Assembly: GCA_018902845.1 (NCBI GenBank)
Contig: JAHIPV010000020.1
Location: 74,810 to 138,809, forward strand
Direction: 5' to 3'
Source: Patescibacteria group bacterium
GTDB taxonomy: Bacteria; Patescibacteriota; Microgenomatia; UBA12405
DNA length: 64,000 bases
The notes beneath the pieces were generated by a model that ran no database searches, was not told the DNA's origin, and saw only the letters and a program-made list of their open reading frames with translations. The position numbers were made by a program, and so were the translations under genes. Below are positions 17,697 to 27,428 of this stretch, in pieces; position 1 is the stretch's first letter; each line of letters opens with the position of its first letter.

Positions 17697-20048
17697 TTAA
17701 TGACTATGGTTGGCGAGATTATTTGTTTTTGGAGTAGTTTTTTTTGATAGTAATATAAAAACTGATACAAGCATGATTGTTAATCCAATAATAAAAGCTT
17801 TGGGGAAATAATAAAATTTAATTGTGTGGGTGCCGGGTGGAACTAGAACTGCTCTAAAAGCGTGATTGGCTTGGTAGATTTGAGCGGACTGTTGGTCTAT
17901 TTTGGCTTTCCATTCCGGATAATAAGCATCAGAAAGAAGAAGAATCTGGGGGCAATTATTTTCTGTTTTTAGTTCTATGCTGTTTTCTTTGTCTGAGATG
18001 AATAAGATATTTGATATGTCAGGTTGGCAGTTTTTGATGTTTTCCAGTTTACTATTATCAGGCGCATTTTTTGAATAAAAAGCAACTAGATTTTTGTCGA
18101 ATTGGTTTGTTAAGATTTTTGCCATTTCGTTTTTTGAATTAACGACAATCGGGTTGTTGGTAAAACGGGCCCGAGATAGACTACTTTTGTTTTCGATTAT
18201 TTCTACTTTTTTTTCTGTAAAAACAGTGTCGAAGTCGGAGTGATTTTTTTCTTCTACATCGAAGAAATAATCTTTGTTGTGAAAAAGATATTTGACAGAC
18301 AAGGAATTAAAGAGAGAAGAGTTAATATTGGTGACTTTGCGGGCCCTAGAAGCGGAGTGGGGAAATTTTAGTTCTTGAGTTAACAAAAGATATTCATAGT
18401 TTAATAGTGGTACGGTGGCATCATAGCCGTCTGGAGATTTTAGTCCATATGGCATCCACATGTTTTCCGGAATAGTGCTTAGGGTTGCGATTCTGTCGTT
18501 GTTGACATTTTTTTGGACAAATTCTATTGATGGAGTAGTTGGAAACAAATATTTTGCTGGTGTGAAAGGTAGATATTTCCAGCCTAAATAAAAAAGTTCT
18601 GCGGTTGAAATAATTATGGTGATAGCCAGTAAAAAAGATTTGATGCCTTTATTTTTAAAAAAGTTTATCAGTAAAATAGAAAAAATAATTGGCAGACTAA
18701 AGAGGAGGCCATAAAGAGTATTTTTGAAGGCAACAGTAGAAAGTAATAAATTTGGTTTGAATTTTGAAAGTGACAATAAAAGTATTTGCCAGAAGAATAT
18801 GAGAAAAACAGGAATGATAATGTTGAGAAATTTGTTGGTAAACAGATTTTCTAGCAAATAAGCACCCAAAACAGAAAAGGCCAGATTGCTGATTACAAAG
18901 ATTCTAGTTGAGATTCCGTTTTTAGAAAAAATCAAGCCTAAGTGGTTTTTTAGAAAAATTGAGATTGGATTTGAAGTAGCCAGTAAAAAGGCGATGGGAA
19001 TGGAAAATAGGAAAAGTTTTGTAAGTTTGGATTTTTTGGGATCCTTCGGCAAGCTCAGGATGAGGCTGAAAAAAGCAAAGATGGCAAAAATTCCGGGATA
19101 AAAGGCATTGTTGTCGTAAAAACCTTTAGCTTGGTAATCATTGGTGGCTGGATTGCCCCAAAAATTTGGAGATATAGCCGTAAATAGATTTTCTGTGGGC
19201 AAGAAACCGCTGTTGGATGACTGGGCCGTGTTGTCAATTGAATGGATTGAACGAGAAATTAATTGTAAGCCGGGAATGAGTAATGGAGCGGCAAGAGCTA
19301 GTCCTAAGATGATATAGATGAAAAAATTTAATATTTTTTTGTGGTTTTTGTTTGAATGAAGGATTAAGAAATAAAATGTAATTAAAATTAACGAATAAAT
19401 GGAATATTGGGGGTAACCGCCATAAATTTGAAGAGCGATTAATATTGACATTAAAGGAAATTTCTTTTTTTCTATGGCAGTTAACATTAGCGGGAGAAAT
19501 GAAGCAACATAGGCATGGATTCCATATTCCAACCAGGTAATATTAAAAAGAGAGAAAGTGAAAATGATAGCACCCATAAGGGCGCTGGGGTTTTTGAATT
19601 TGATTGTTTTTAGGTAGATAAAAGCAGAGACAAGAGCAAAAAGTAACTGCAAATAAATCATTAATCCCCAAGCGGTAGTTGTCTTTATAGGTAAAAAAAA
19701 TGGAAGATTAGTAAAGTTGATAAGAGAATTTTGAAAATTAGCAAAAAGAGGCATACCCAAAAAATAGTACGGATTCCAAAAAGGAAAAACCTTTGATTTA
19801 ATTGCGTTTATAGCTGTTGTTCTCCATTGGTAGATTATAGAAACAATGTCTGACATTAACGGGTTTTTGATTGCAACACCGACGGCATTGCCCCATTTTG
19901 AGTTGAGCCAAGGATAGTACATGCCAACGGTAATATCGGCAGGAATTGGAATGAGTTTATATAAGAAAAATTTGTGAAAGAAAATAAAACTGAGAAGTAT
20001 GAGAAATATCGGTGGCCAAAAGTTGAAAGATTGTTTTTTAAATTTCAT
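17697..20048 (-). CDS. YfhO-like large polytopic membrane protein, a putative GT-C glycosyltransferase
   Basis: 783 aa with more than 12 TM helices. The N-terminal PADITVGMYYPW..FPFWNPYYFLGMP block resembles the YfhO family. The repeat at 19038..19064 is read as ILSLPKDP. Confidence 0.5.
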   Translation of the reverse strand: MKFKKQSFNFWPPIFLILLSFIFFHKFFLYKLIPIPADITVGMYYPWLNSKWGNAVGVAIKNPLMSDIVSIIYQWRTTAINAIKSKVFPFWNPYYFLGMPLFANFQNSLINFTNLPFFLPIKTTTAWGLMIYLQLLFALVSAFIYLKTIKFKNPSALMGAIIFTFSLFNITWLEYGIHAYVASFLPLMLTAIEKKKFPLMSILIALQIYGGYPQYSIYSLILITFYFLILHSNKNHKKILNFFIYIILGLALAAPLLIPGLQLISRSIHSIDNTAQSSNSGFLPTENLFTAISPNFWGNPATNDYQAKGFYDNNAFYPGIFAIFAFFSLILSLPKDPKKSKLTKLFLFSIPIAFLLATSNPISIFLKNHLGLIFSKNGISTRIFVISNLAFSVLGAYLLENLFTNKFLNIIIPVFLIFFWQILLLSLSKFKPNLLLSTVAFKNTLYGLLFSLPIIFSILLINFFKNKGIKSFLLAITIIISTAELFYLGWKYLPFTPAKYLFPTTPSIEFVQKNVNNDRIATLSTIPENMWMPYGLKSPDGYDATVPLLNYEYLLLTQELKFPHSASRARKVTNINSSLFNSLSVKYLFHNKDYFFDVEEKNHSDFDTVFTEKKVEIIENKSSLSRARFTNNPIVVNSKNEMAKILTNQFDKNLVAFYSKNAPDNSKLENIKNCQPDISNILFISDKENSIELKTENNCPQILLLSDAYYPEWKAKIDQQSAQIYQANHAFRAVLVPPGTHTIKFYYFPKAFIIGLTIMLVSVFILLSKKTTPKTNNLANHSH

Positions 20049-20965
20049 TCTTTAAACTTGTTAAAGATTTGTTTGTCTGTTAGTTTAGGAAAGACGATAG
20101 GGGGAAGGTGATTTTTAATTTGTCTTTTGGCAGCACGAATGATTTTTATATAATTGGGGCCAAAAGGAACTCTTAATGCGATGGCAATTTTGTTTGATGT
20201 TAAAAGTTTTGGATCTGTAATGTTTCTTAAGACAGTTAGCAATCGATTTCTTTCTTTAACATAAATCAAGAAGCGTTTGGGTAATTTTGACATAGTGCTT
20301 TGGTGTTTGTGATAGATTTTTGATTTTGGTTCCCAAATTAGCGTGTAACCTGATTTCCAGGCTCTATAACCTAAATCTAAATCCTCTGAGTAGCAGGGGT
20401 GATAAATATTATCAAAACCTCTTAACTTGGTAAAAATTGACTTTCTGATTATAGAGCCGCCTCCGGAAAGCCAGGCCGTAATGTGGGCTTTTGAGATTTT
20501 TTTTCCCGGTTCGTATTGCAAATAACCTTCCTTCCAAAAAATTCTGGCCCAATTTTCATTGCCTATTTCAGCAAATCCAACTCCAAAAAGTTTTGGATTT
20601 TTGAAATGGTGGAGTGAGTTTTTAATGTAATTTTTGGTAGGAGTGATGTCGTTGTTTAATAAAACCACTAATTCGCCTTTGCATTTACCGACGGCCATAT
20701 TTGAGTTAATAACGAATCCTTGGTTCTTTTTTTGGGTTAATAGTTTTATTTGTGGATGTTTTTTTTGCAGTTTTTTTAAAAAAATGTGGCTTTTGTCGGT
20801 TGATGCGTCGTCGGCGATAATAATTTCGGAGACTTGGGGACTATATTTGATTACTTTGGGAAGATTTTTTTTTAGGAGTTTTAGTCCGTTGAAGTTAGTT
20901 ACAATGAGGGAGATGGAAAAATTATGATTTTTTCCCCCTGCGGGTGACTTCGCTTTGCTTCGCAT
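20045..20965 (-). CDS. Glycosyltransferase family 2
   Basis: FSISLIVTNFNG..IIADDASTDKS..LLNNDI GT2 motifs. The N-terminal MRSKAKSPAGGK is derived from the repeat at 20934..20964. Confidence 0.75.
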   Translation of the reverse strand: MRSKAKSPAGGKNHNFSISLIVTNFNGLKLLKKNLPKVIKYSPQVSEIIIADDASTDKSHIFLKKLQKKHPQIKLLTQKKNQGFVINSNMAVGKCKGELVVLLNNDITPTKNYIKNSLHHFKNPKLFGVGFAEIGNENWARIFWKEGYLQYEPGKKISKAHITAWLSGGGSIIRKSIFTKLRGFDNIYHPCYSEDLDLGYRAWKSGYTLIWEPKSKIYHKHQSTMSKLPKRFLIYVKERNRLLTVLRNITDPKLLTSNKIAIALRVPFGPNYIKIIRAAKRQIKNHLPPIVFPKLTDKQIFNKFKE

Positions 20966-20968
20966 TTT

Positions 20969-22147
20969 TTAATTTATTATTTCTAATAATTTTTTTTCAA
21001 AGTTTTGTTTGGAAAATTTAGCGGAATCTTGTTGTGTTTGAACGGATAATTGTTCCATTAATTGCGGAGAACCGATAAGAAGTTGGGTTTTGGAAACCAA
21101 TTCGTCTATATCGCTCCAAAGGAAACCGTTTTTTCTTTCATTGATTATTTCTGGTAAACCACCCTTTTTTACCACAATTGGAATTGTTCCGGAAGCCATG
21201 GCTTCGACTACGGCCATACCAAAATGTTCGGTATTTTGGGGATTAATATTTTCGTCTACTCCAAAGCCTGCCGCATGCCAATAAATTTTGCTTTGGGAAT
21301 AAATTTTTTTGAGGGTGTCAAAATTTGGACCGATTAAAAATTCAATGGGAAAATTTTTGGCTTCATATTTTAAGTGTTTTAGGTAATTATTAAGCTCAGG
21401 TTTTTTTATAGAACCGCCGACCAAAATTAATTTCCAGTCTTTGTTGTTTTGATTTTGACTAAGTTTTTTGAAGGCTTTGATAAGAATATCCTGCCTTTTT
21501 TTGTTTAATATATTGTCAAATCTGCCAACCGATAAAATAATGTTTTCTTTTTTACCGGAGGCTGAAAATTTATCTGTATCTATGGGGGGGTATAACAGAG
21601 AGGATTTGTGGTGAAAGGTTTTTTTGAATTGATCTTGAGTGAAGATAGAATTGCAAATAATGTTTTTGTTTAAAAACAGTTTAAGTTTGTTGGCTATTTT
21701 GGTTTGAAAACTGAATTTGTTGGTAAAAGGAACTTGGCAGTGAAGAATGTTTTTTTTGGCAAAAAGAATTGGAATACTGCCATCGCTTAGATAGAAAAAA
21801 AGATTGTAATTGCGAGTAATCTTAAGCTTGTTTAGTAGATGTTTAACTTTTCCTAAGTTTGTACGTGTTTCTTTTTGTGTACTATTGATTTTTTTTAGTT
21901 GGCTGTGATCTTGGATTAAATCGATGTTTTGTTGGGGTTGACTAAAAATGTCGGGAACCAGATTGAGGTTTTCTAAATTTAGGGCAAATCTATCTTGGGC
22001 CTTGTCAATTAAATCTTTGTCTTTGGACCAAAATATATCAACTTGATAATTATGTTTTAAGAGAATTTCGGCGATAGTGAGCATGTAGCGCTCCCCTCCG
22101 CCGAGAGTGTCTAAGTAAGGATCGTATATGCCGACTTTTAATGGCAT
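20969..22147 (-). CDS. Glycosyltransferase family 4 (GT1-fold)
   Basis: C-terminal NTEHFGMAVVEAMASGTIPIV GT4 EX7E-type motif. Directly upstream lie a 4 x 8-bp tandem repeat and a TTAAGTATATATG box. Confidence 0.75.
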   Translation of the reverse strand: MPLKVGIYDPYLDTLGGGERYMLTIAEILLKHNYQVDIFWSKDKDLIDKAQDRFALNLENLNLVPDIFSQPQQNIDLIQDHSQLKKINSTQKETRTNLGKVKHLLNKLKITRNYNLFFYLSDGSIPILFAKKNILHCQVPFTNKFSFQTKIANKLKLFLNKNIICNSIFTQDQFKKTFHHKSSLLYPPIDTDKFSASGKKENIILSVGRFDNILNKKRQDILIKAFKKLSQNQNNKDWKLILVGGSIKKPELNNYLKHLKYEAKNFPIEFLIGPNFDTLKKIYSQSKIYWHAAGFGVDENINPQNTEHFGMAVVEAMASGTIPIVVKKGGLPEIINERKNGFLWSDIDELVSKTQLLIGSPQLMEQLSVQTQQDSAKFSKQNFEKKLLEIIN

Positions 22148-22164
22148 GAGTTAAGTATATATGC

Positions 22165-22196
22165 TGGATGACTGGATGACTAGATAACTGGATAAC
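22165..22196. promoter_or_regulatory. Tandem repeat, 4 x 8 bp of the same octamer family, upstream of the GT4 ATG
   Basis: ggatgact ggatgact agataact ggataact, preceded by gagttaagtatatatgct, which is nearly identical to the ftsX box. Confidence 0.6.
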
Positions 22197-22222
22197 TCGA
22201 AAGAAAGATAAAAATTAGGTAT

Positions 22223-23029
22223 TTATTTTATTTTTTGTTGGAGTTCGTAGAGGCGGGCGTAGATGATAAAAGTATTGAAAGTTTCAAAAATTACTGATAT
22301 CCAGCCAACTGTGCCGTCTTTCCACGCTTGTTGTTTGATTAAGCGAGTGTAGAAAGTAGTAAGCATCATACGGAAAAAACGCCACCAGACAACGGGAGGG
22401 TGGTTGGTTTTGTACAGAGCTTTGGCTTCCAATTCTGTCCATGTTATTGTTTTTTCTAACATTGAACTAAGATCAGAATGAGTGAAGTGGAGCAGGTCTG
22501 ATTTTAGATGGCCGATTTGACCTTTTATGATTGGCTCTTCGTGAACAGTTCCCTGCCATTTTTTTAATTTATCTTTTTTGAATAGTCTTTTGACATAATC
22601 GGGATAGGATCCGCCGTGTTTAACTCTTTTGCCTAAATAATGATTGGCTCTGGGAATGGCGTAGTAGTTGTGCGAGGCACGCCTCGCCCTTACACTTATC
22701 GTTTTTTGAATTTCTCTCTTTAACTGGGGCGTAACTTGTTCGTCTGTATCTATGTAAAGTATCCAGTCATTGGTGGTTAATTTTAGTCCCATGTTTCGCC
22801 ATTTGGCGTAGTGCTTGCCGTATTGATCGGTAGTAGTAATTGTTTTGGCTTGAGGAACAAGTTTTTGGGCAATTTTTTTGGAATTATCTGTAGAATTGGC
22901 AAAAACAATTATTATTTCGTTGGCCCATTTAATAGATTTGATGCAGTCCCCTATTGTGTTTTCAAAATTGCCACAGATGATGATGGTGGTTAGCGCGTTG
23001 TTGTGCTGGTTTTTTGTTTGTTTTGTCAT
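22223..23029 (-). CDS. Glycosyltransferase family 2
   Basis: LTTIIICGNFENTI..YIDTDEQ motifs; paralog of 5404..6213. The start codon is embedded in the 'tgtcat' terminus of the composite leader element 23024..23175. Confidence 0.7.
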   Translation of the reverse strand: MTKQTKNQHNNALTTIIICGNFENTIGDCIKSIKWANEIIIVFANSTDNSKKIAQKLVPQAKTITTTDQYGKHYAKWRNMGLKLTTNDWILYIDTDEQVTPQLKREIQKTISVRARRASHNYYAIPRANHYLGKRVKHGGSYPDYVKRLFKKDKLKKWQGTVHEEPIIKGQIGHLKSDLLHFTHSDLSSMLEKTITWTELEAKALYKTNHPPVVWWRFFRMMLTTFYTRLIKQQAWKDGTVGWISVIFETFNTFIIYARLYELQQKIK

Positions 23030-23175
23030 TTCGACTCCTTCGGCTGTACTCAGGATAAACTCCGTGGAGAAATCCCTGCCTGCCGGCAGGCAGGTCTGAA
23101 TTTATTTCAGAAATCCGCCTTTAGCGGATATCTCAGACAAGCTGAGAGATCCCTCGACTGCGCTCGGGATGACAA
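23024..23175. repeat. Composite ~150-nt 5' leader element abutting the start codon of GT2 22223..23029
   Basis: tgtcatttcgac...ggagaaatc...tgaatttatttcagaaatccgcctttagcggatatctcagacaagctgagagatccctcgactgcgctcgggatgacaa. Confidence 0.85.
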
Positions 23176-23182
23176 CTACTTT

Positions 23183-23458
23183 TTAATTACAAAGATCTTT
23201 GAACTTTGGATTTAATTTTTTAATTAAACTAATTTTTTTGTTTCTGTTCCAGTTTTTAATTTGTTTTTCTCTTGCTATTGCTTCATTAATGTTGTTGTAT
23301 TCTTCAATATAAATTGGTTTATTTATATTATATTTGGCAGTAAAGCTATTATGTTTTTTGAGTTTGTGTTCGAAATATCTTTTTTCTAGGTTGTTGGTAA
23401 CACCAGTATACAGAGTACCTGAATTATTGGTAAGAATGTATAAAAAATATGATTTCAC
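23183..23458 (-). CDS. Stand-alone GIY-YIG nuclease-domain protein (UPF0213/YhbQ-like)
   Basis: YFLYILTNNSGTLYTGVTNNLEKRYFEHK matches the GIY-YIG core. At 91 aa it is flanked on both sides by repeat elements. Confidence 0.65.
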   Translation of the reverse strand: MKSYFLYILTNNSGTLYTGVTNNLEKRYFEHKLKKHNSFTAKYNINKPIYIEEYNNINEAIAREKQIKNWNRNKKISLIKKLNPKFKDLCN

Positions 23459-23585
23459 TGATTAATTATACCCGTAAAGCTTATTTGGATGGTTATGAGA
23501 TCCCTCGGCTACGCTCGGGATGACAAAAGAGCTACGCTTCCTTCAAAGATGGACACATTGTAATTCGCAATGACAGGAGGTGGGA

Positions 23586-24626
23586 TTATTTCCAGCGGCC
23601 TTTGTTAAAGCGCTGAAGATAAAAGTCGATGATACCGCGTTTTTCCCAAGAATATTTGGAACTAAATAATTTTTCTACTGATTGGCGAATAATGGCCAGT
23701 TTGACTCGAAATGAAGCATGGCGCATGGCAAAAAGAAGTCGGTTTCTGGAGATAAAATAGTGATGCAAGTTTCCGCCCGTACCCGATGATTGAGCGTTTA
23801 AATGCCAAATTTTTGAATCAGGAATATAAGCAAGTTTATATCCTGCCTTTTTGGCCTTTTGGCAAAAGTCAATATCTTCCAGATACATGAAATATTTTTT
23901 ATCAAACAAGCCAATTTCTTTGAATAATTTTGATTTGACAAGCATACAACATCCGGAAATAAAGTCTATTTTAGTAGTGAATTTATTGAATTGACCTTTG
24001 TCAATTTGATCGACTCCAATGTTTGAGCCCAAGATATTGTCCCAATCCATGTAACCGCCGGCAGACCAGATGATATTACCCAGCTCATTTTTTTTGTATC
24101 TATTTTTGTGAAATTCGTAACCTTTGGCAAAATAGATTTTGGGTCCCAATATAGCCAGTTTGGGATTTTTTTGGGCGGATTTTAATAAAATTTGAAGAAA
24201 ATCAGGATCAACCAAAACGTCATTGTTGATTACTAGAATATAGTCAAAGTTTTCTTTTAAGGCTTGTTTGATGCCAAAATTGTTGCCGTTGGCATAACCC
24301 AAGTTTGAAGAGGTTTGGAGAATTTGGATTTTTACGTCATTCTGAGGCGAAGCCGAAGAATCCCGTTGTTGTTTTTGCCGATTTCGAGGGGATCCTTCTT
24401 CGCCGGTCGGCGAATCAGGATGACGGTGGGAAGGATCAGGATGGCGGTGTGTGAATTTATTAAATAATTCGATTGAATTATCGGTGGAGGCGTTGTCAAC
24501 CAAAAAGATTTTGTAGTTAAAAGAAGTATGCTTAATTTTAAGAAGAGATTTAATAGTTTGGATGGTGAGCGCGGGCTGATTCCAGTTAAGAACGATGATG
24601 GCAATTTTAGTTTTATTTTTTGTCAT
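23586..24626 (-). CDS. Glycosyltransferase family 2 with an in-frame repeat insertion
   Basis: IAIIVLNWNQPALT..LVDNASTDNS..VINNDV motifs. The start ATG at 24624..24626 is the terminus of the composite leader element. The insert at 24335..24450 encodes HRHPDPSHRHPDSPTGEEGSPRNRQKQQRDSSASPQND. Confidence 0.75.
   Translation of the reverse strand: MTKNKTKIAIIVLNWNQPALTIQTIKSLLKIKHTSFNYKIFLVDNASTDNSIELFNKFTHRHPDPSHRHPDSPTGEEGSPRNRQKQQRDSSASPQNDVKIQILQTSSNLGYANGNNFGIKQALKENFDYILVINNDVLVDPDFLQILLKSAQKNPKLAILGPKIYFAKGYEFHKNRYKKNELGNIIWSAGGYMDWDNILGSNIGVDQIDKGQFNKFTTKIDFISGCCMLVKSKLFKEIGLFDKKYFMYLEDIDFCQKAKKAGYKLAYIPDSKIWHLNAQSSGTGGNLHHYFISRNRLLFAMRHASFRVKLAIIRQSVEKLFSSKYSWEKRGIIDFYLQRFNKGRWK
24335..24450. 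repeat. Long family-B variant in-frame in a GT2 gene (paralog of the 17415..17505 insert)
   Basis: The same ~60-nt 5' half as 17415..17505, followed by ggggatccttcttcgccggtcggcgaatcaggatgacggtgggaaggatcaggatggcg. Confidence 0.9.
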
Positions 24627-24728
24627 TTCGACCAAAGTGGAGAAATCTCTGAATTTATTTCAGAAATCCGCTTTTGGCGGATATCTCAGACAAGCCGAGA
24701 GATCCCTCGACTTCGCTCGGGATGACAA
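24621..24728. repeat. Composite ~108-nt 5' leader element; its 'tgtcat' terminus supplies the GT2 start codon
   Basis: tgtcatttcgaccaaagtggagaaatctctgaatttatttcagaaatccgcttttggcggatatctcagacaagccgagagatccctcgacttcgctcgggatgacaa. Confidence 0.9.
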
Positions 24729-24730
24729 GC

Positions 24731-25663
24731 TCAAAAGTTTTTGGTTAGGCGGTTTAGTAAATGGCGAAATTTAATAAAGACTGATTTAAATATATTACCG
24801 GCTTTTTCATCAGCAAAATATTTAGCAAACCAATGACTATATTCATAGGTGGCCTGCTGACTGGCGGAAACAAATGATTCTTTGGGTAGATTTTTTTCTT
24901 TAAAGCCCCTTTTTTCCCAAATTCTTATATAAATAAGACATTCAGAAAAAGCTTGAAGTAGGGCAAAAACAAGTCCGTGAATACCGTCTTTGTATCCCTG
25001 AGAGGCAAAAAAACGGCTGTTGAATTCTTGGGTAGGTTTTAGAATAAAATCGGAAAGTTTAAGTTTGTGTTGTTTAGAAATTAATTCTTCCGCTTGTACT
25101 TTTGTATAACGAAGCATGCGGTTAAGATAACTGGTTATAGTGGGATAGTTGTTGTGTCTAATGGCTAGTTTTTCTGTGTCTAGTATCGTGATTCCATTGC
25201 CTTTTGTTTCAGGTTGACTGTGTATTTCTTTGTTCCATTTGACAGCGCCTTTTTTGAAAAAGCGAATTAAGTAGTCAGGCCATGAACCTGAGTGGCGCAT
25301 CCATTTATTAAAAACTATATTTTTTCTCGGGATTCTGACAAAATCGACATCGGTGCGGTTGGTAATTTTTTGAAGTTCTCTTTTGAGAGTTTTGGTAATA
25401 TATTCGTCGGGATCAAGTAATAGTATCCATTTTCCTTTTGCTTTTGATAGAGCAAAATTTCTGGCCGGTTCAACACATTTCATATAACGATGTTGAAAAA
25501 CTTTGGCGTTGTGACTTTTGGCAATTTCGACAGAATTGTCGTTAGAGTGCATATCTATAAGAATGATTTCATCGGCAAAATTTTTGACAGATTTGAGACA
25601 TTTAGAAAGATACTTGGCATCGTTGTATGTATTGATGATTACTGATATTAAAGGTTTGGGCAT
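24731..25663 (-). CDS. Glycosyltransferase family 2
   Basis: ISVIINTYNDAKYL..ILIDMHSNDNS..LLLDPDE motifs. Confidence 0.75.
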   Translation of the reverse strand: MPKPLISVIINTYNDAKYLSKCLKSVKNFADEIILIDMHSNDNSVEIAKSHNAKVFQHRYMKCVEPARNFALSKAKGKWILLLDPDEYITKTLKRELQKITNRTDVDFVRIPRKNIVFNKWMRHSGSWPDYLIRFFKKGAVKWNKEIHSQPETKGNGITILDTEKLAIRHNNYPTITSYLNRMLRYTKVQAEELISKQHKLKLSDFILKPTQEFNSRFFASQGYKDGIHGLVFALLQAFSECLIYIRIWEKRGFKEKNLPKESFVSASQQATYEYSHWFAKYFADEKAGNIFKSVFIKFRHLLNRLTKNF

Positions 25664-25769
25664 ATGAATTAATTTTTTCCGCCAAAGGCGGACTAAAGAA
25701 TTTTAAATTTCTAATTTTTAATGAGAGTGGAAGGATTAAGGATTTTTAAACAAGAGTTCTTTAATTTTA

Positions 25770-27428
25770 TCATTTTTGAATTTGGTAAATACGAATGCCG
25801 TCGGAATCGTATATTTTTTCAATTTCTAAGTTTTTTGGTTTGTGGGGAAGGTTTTGGTTTTTTGTCAAATATATATAGTCAATGTTGTTATTAAGCAAAA
25901 AGCCCTTTGATTCAAAAATATTACTGAATTTGTTTGAGAAAAAATTATCCGAATCCTGTCGTCTTTGTTTCCAATCGTAGCCCGAAATACTTAAATTCAT
26001 TTCATCTGAGAGAAAAGTTTGTTTACCAGTAAAGGCTGGTACATAGGCAGTTGTTTCGTAAAGGTAGAGAGGAATGGGGGTTTGTAAATTACTTTTTTTG
26101 AATTTGTCGTAAGGGTAAGTCAAAACTGCATTTCCCGGTTGCTTTTTTAGAAAATTTAGGGCTTCTAACTCTGTTGTTGGTAGAGAGGCAGGGGCCGGAT
26201 TGCCCAAATAGCTTTTGTAATTTGGCAGATTGGCTATGAAGCTGGTAACAAAAATAGCAAATATAATAAATTTGTTAAAGCGCTTCTTTTTGATATTAGA
26301 AAGTGTAATAGCCAAGAGAATATTGGCAAAAAAGAGTGAATAATAAAGAAATTGGATTGTATTCCAGGCTGTCCCTTTTTGAATAAAAAAAATGGGGATA
26401 ATAAGAGAAAATAGAATTGTAAATAGGATGGATTTTGTAAAAATATTTTTTAGGTATAGTTTTGTTTTAAACAAAAATAAAGTTCTGTAGCCAAAATTGC
26501 CAAGAATAAAAATTACTAAACTGACTAATTCGATAGTTATTAAGCGGGGACCAACTTTGTCTGAAGCCAATAACGAGTATCTCATATTAGCTATTTTGGG
26601 AAGATAAAAACGATCGGCTGATTCAATCATTGAGTGAATAAACCAAAATGGCTTGAAGATAAATAAACCGGTTGAGTTTTTGTTATAAATCAAAAATAAA
26701 AGAATGGATAGAATGAAAGAAATTGTAAATATTTTGATGTAACTGGTTTGTTTTTTTAATAGTTTAAGAAAAGAAAATATAAAGAAAAATGCAAAAAATA
26801 CTACTCCCCCGTAGGATTTGGTGATAGGGATAAAAGGAGAAAGAAAAATTAAAAGAAATGGTTTTTTTTTAAGGATTATTAAGCAGATTAGAATTAGAAG
26901 TAGAGAAAAAATAAAAGGTGGATTAAGTTGATTTGAAAAAGATTGCATGGCCCAAAATAAAGATTCACCGCCCAGATTTTTGTTTTTTATCAGAGTGACG
27001 ACCCAGCCAAAAGAAGTAGCGAAAGTGTTGAGTAGCACCAAATAAATCCCGCCGGAGAATTTTTTTGTCAATAATTTACCGAGTTTAAAGCTTAAAAGTA
27101 GAAATATAACAGAGCTAAGAATTGGAAATAGCTGAAAAAGCCAAATAGATGGATTTATAAAAGTTATTTTTGAAAGTGTGGCGATGAAAATGTCGTAAAA
27201 AGGATGATAGTTTTCTAGATATTGGCCGGAAATAGTTGGATGAGGAATTTTGAAAGGGTTTTTGATTTGATTGATGAGAGCAAGATGCCAGATGGCGTCG
27301 TGGCCATTTGGTCCCCAAAATCCAATGCCGTAATCATATTTCAACCCACTACGAATCATGGGTAGAGACTGAAAAAAAGTGCAAATTAGAATAGTGAATA
27401 CTAGTAAGATTTTTTGTCCTTTTGACAT
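25770..27428 (-). CDS. Polytopic membrane protein of unknown function; a polymerase/ligase or GT-C-like role is suspected only from its context
   Basis: 552 aa with more than 12 predicted TM helices. It has an N-terminal GFWGPNGHDAIWHLAL motif, lies inside the glycosylation island, and overlaps the flippase start by 1 nt. Confidence 0.35.
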   Translation of the reverse strand: MSKGQKILLVFTILICTFFQSLPMIRSGLKYDYGIGFWGPNGHDAIWHLALINQIKNPFKIPHPTISGQYLENYHPFYDIFIATLSKITFINPSIWLFQLFPILSSVIFLLLSFKLGKLLTKKFSGGIYLVLLNTFATSFGWVVTLIKNKNLGGESLFWAMQSFSNQLNPPFIFSLLLILICLIILKKKPFLLIFLSPFIPITKSYGGVVFFAFFFIFSFLKLLKKQTSYIKIFTISFILSILLFLIYNKNSTGLFIFKPFWFIHSMIESADRFYLPKIANMRYSLLASDKVGPRLITIELVSLVIFILGNFGYRTLFLFKTKLYLKNIFTKSILFTILFSLIIPIFFIQKGTAWNTIQFLYYSLFFANILLAITLSNIKKKRFNKFIIFAIFVTSFIANLPNYKSYLGNPAPASLPTTELEALNFLKKQPGNAVLTYPYDKFKKSNLQTPIPLYLYETTAYVPAFTGKQTFLSDEMNLSISGYDWKQRRQDSDNFFSNKFSNIFESKGFLLNNNIDYIYLTKNQNLPHKPKNLEIEKIYDSDGIRIYQIQK

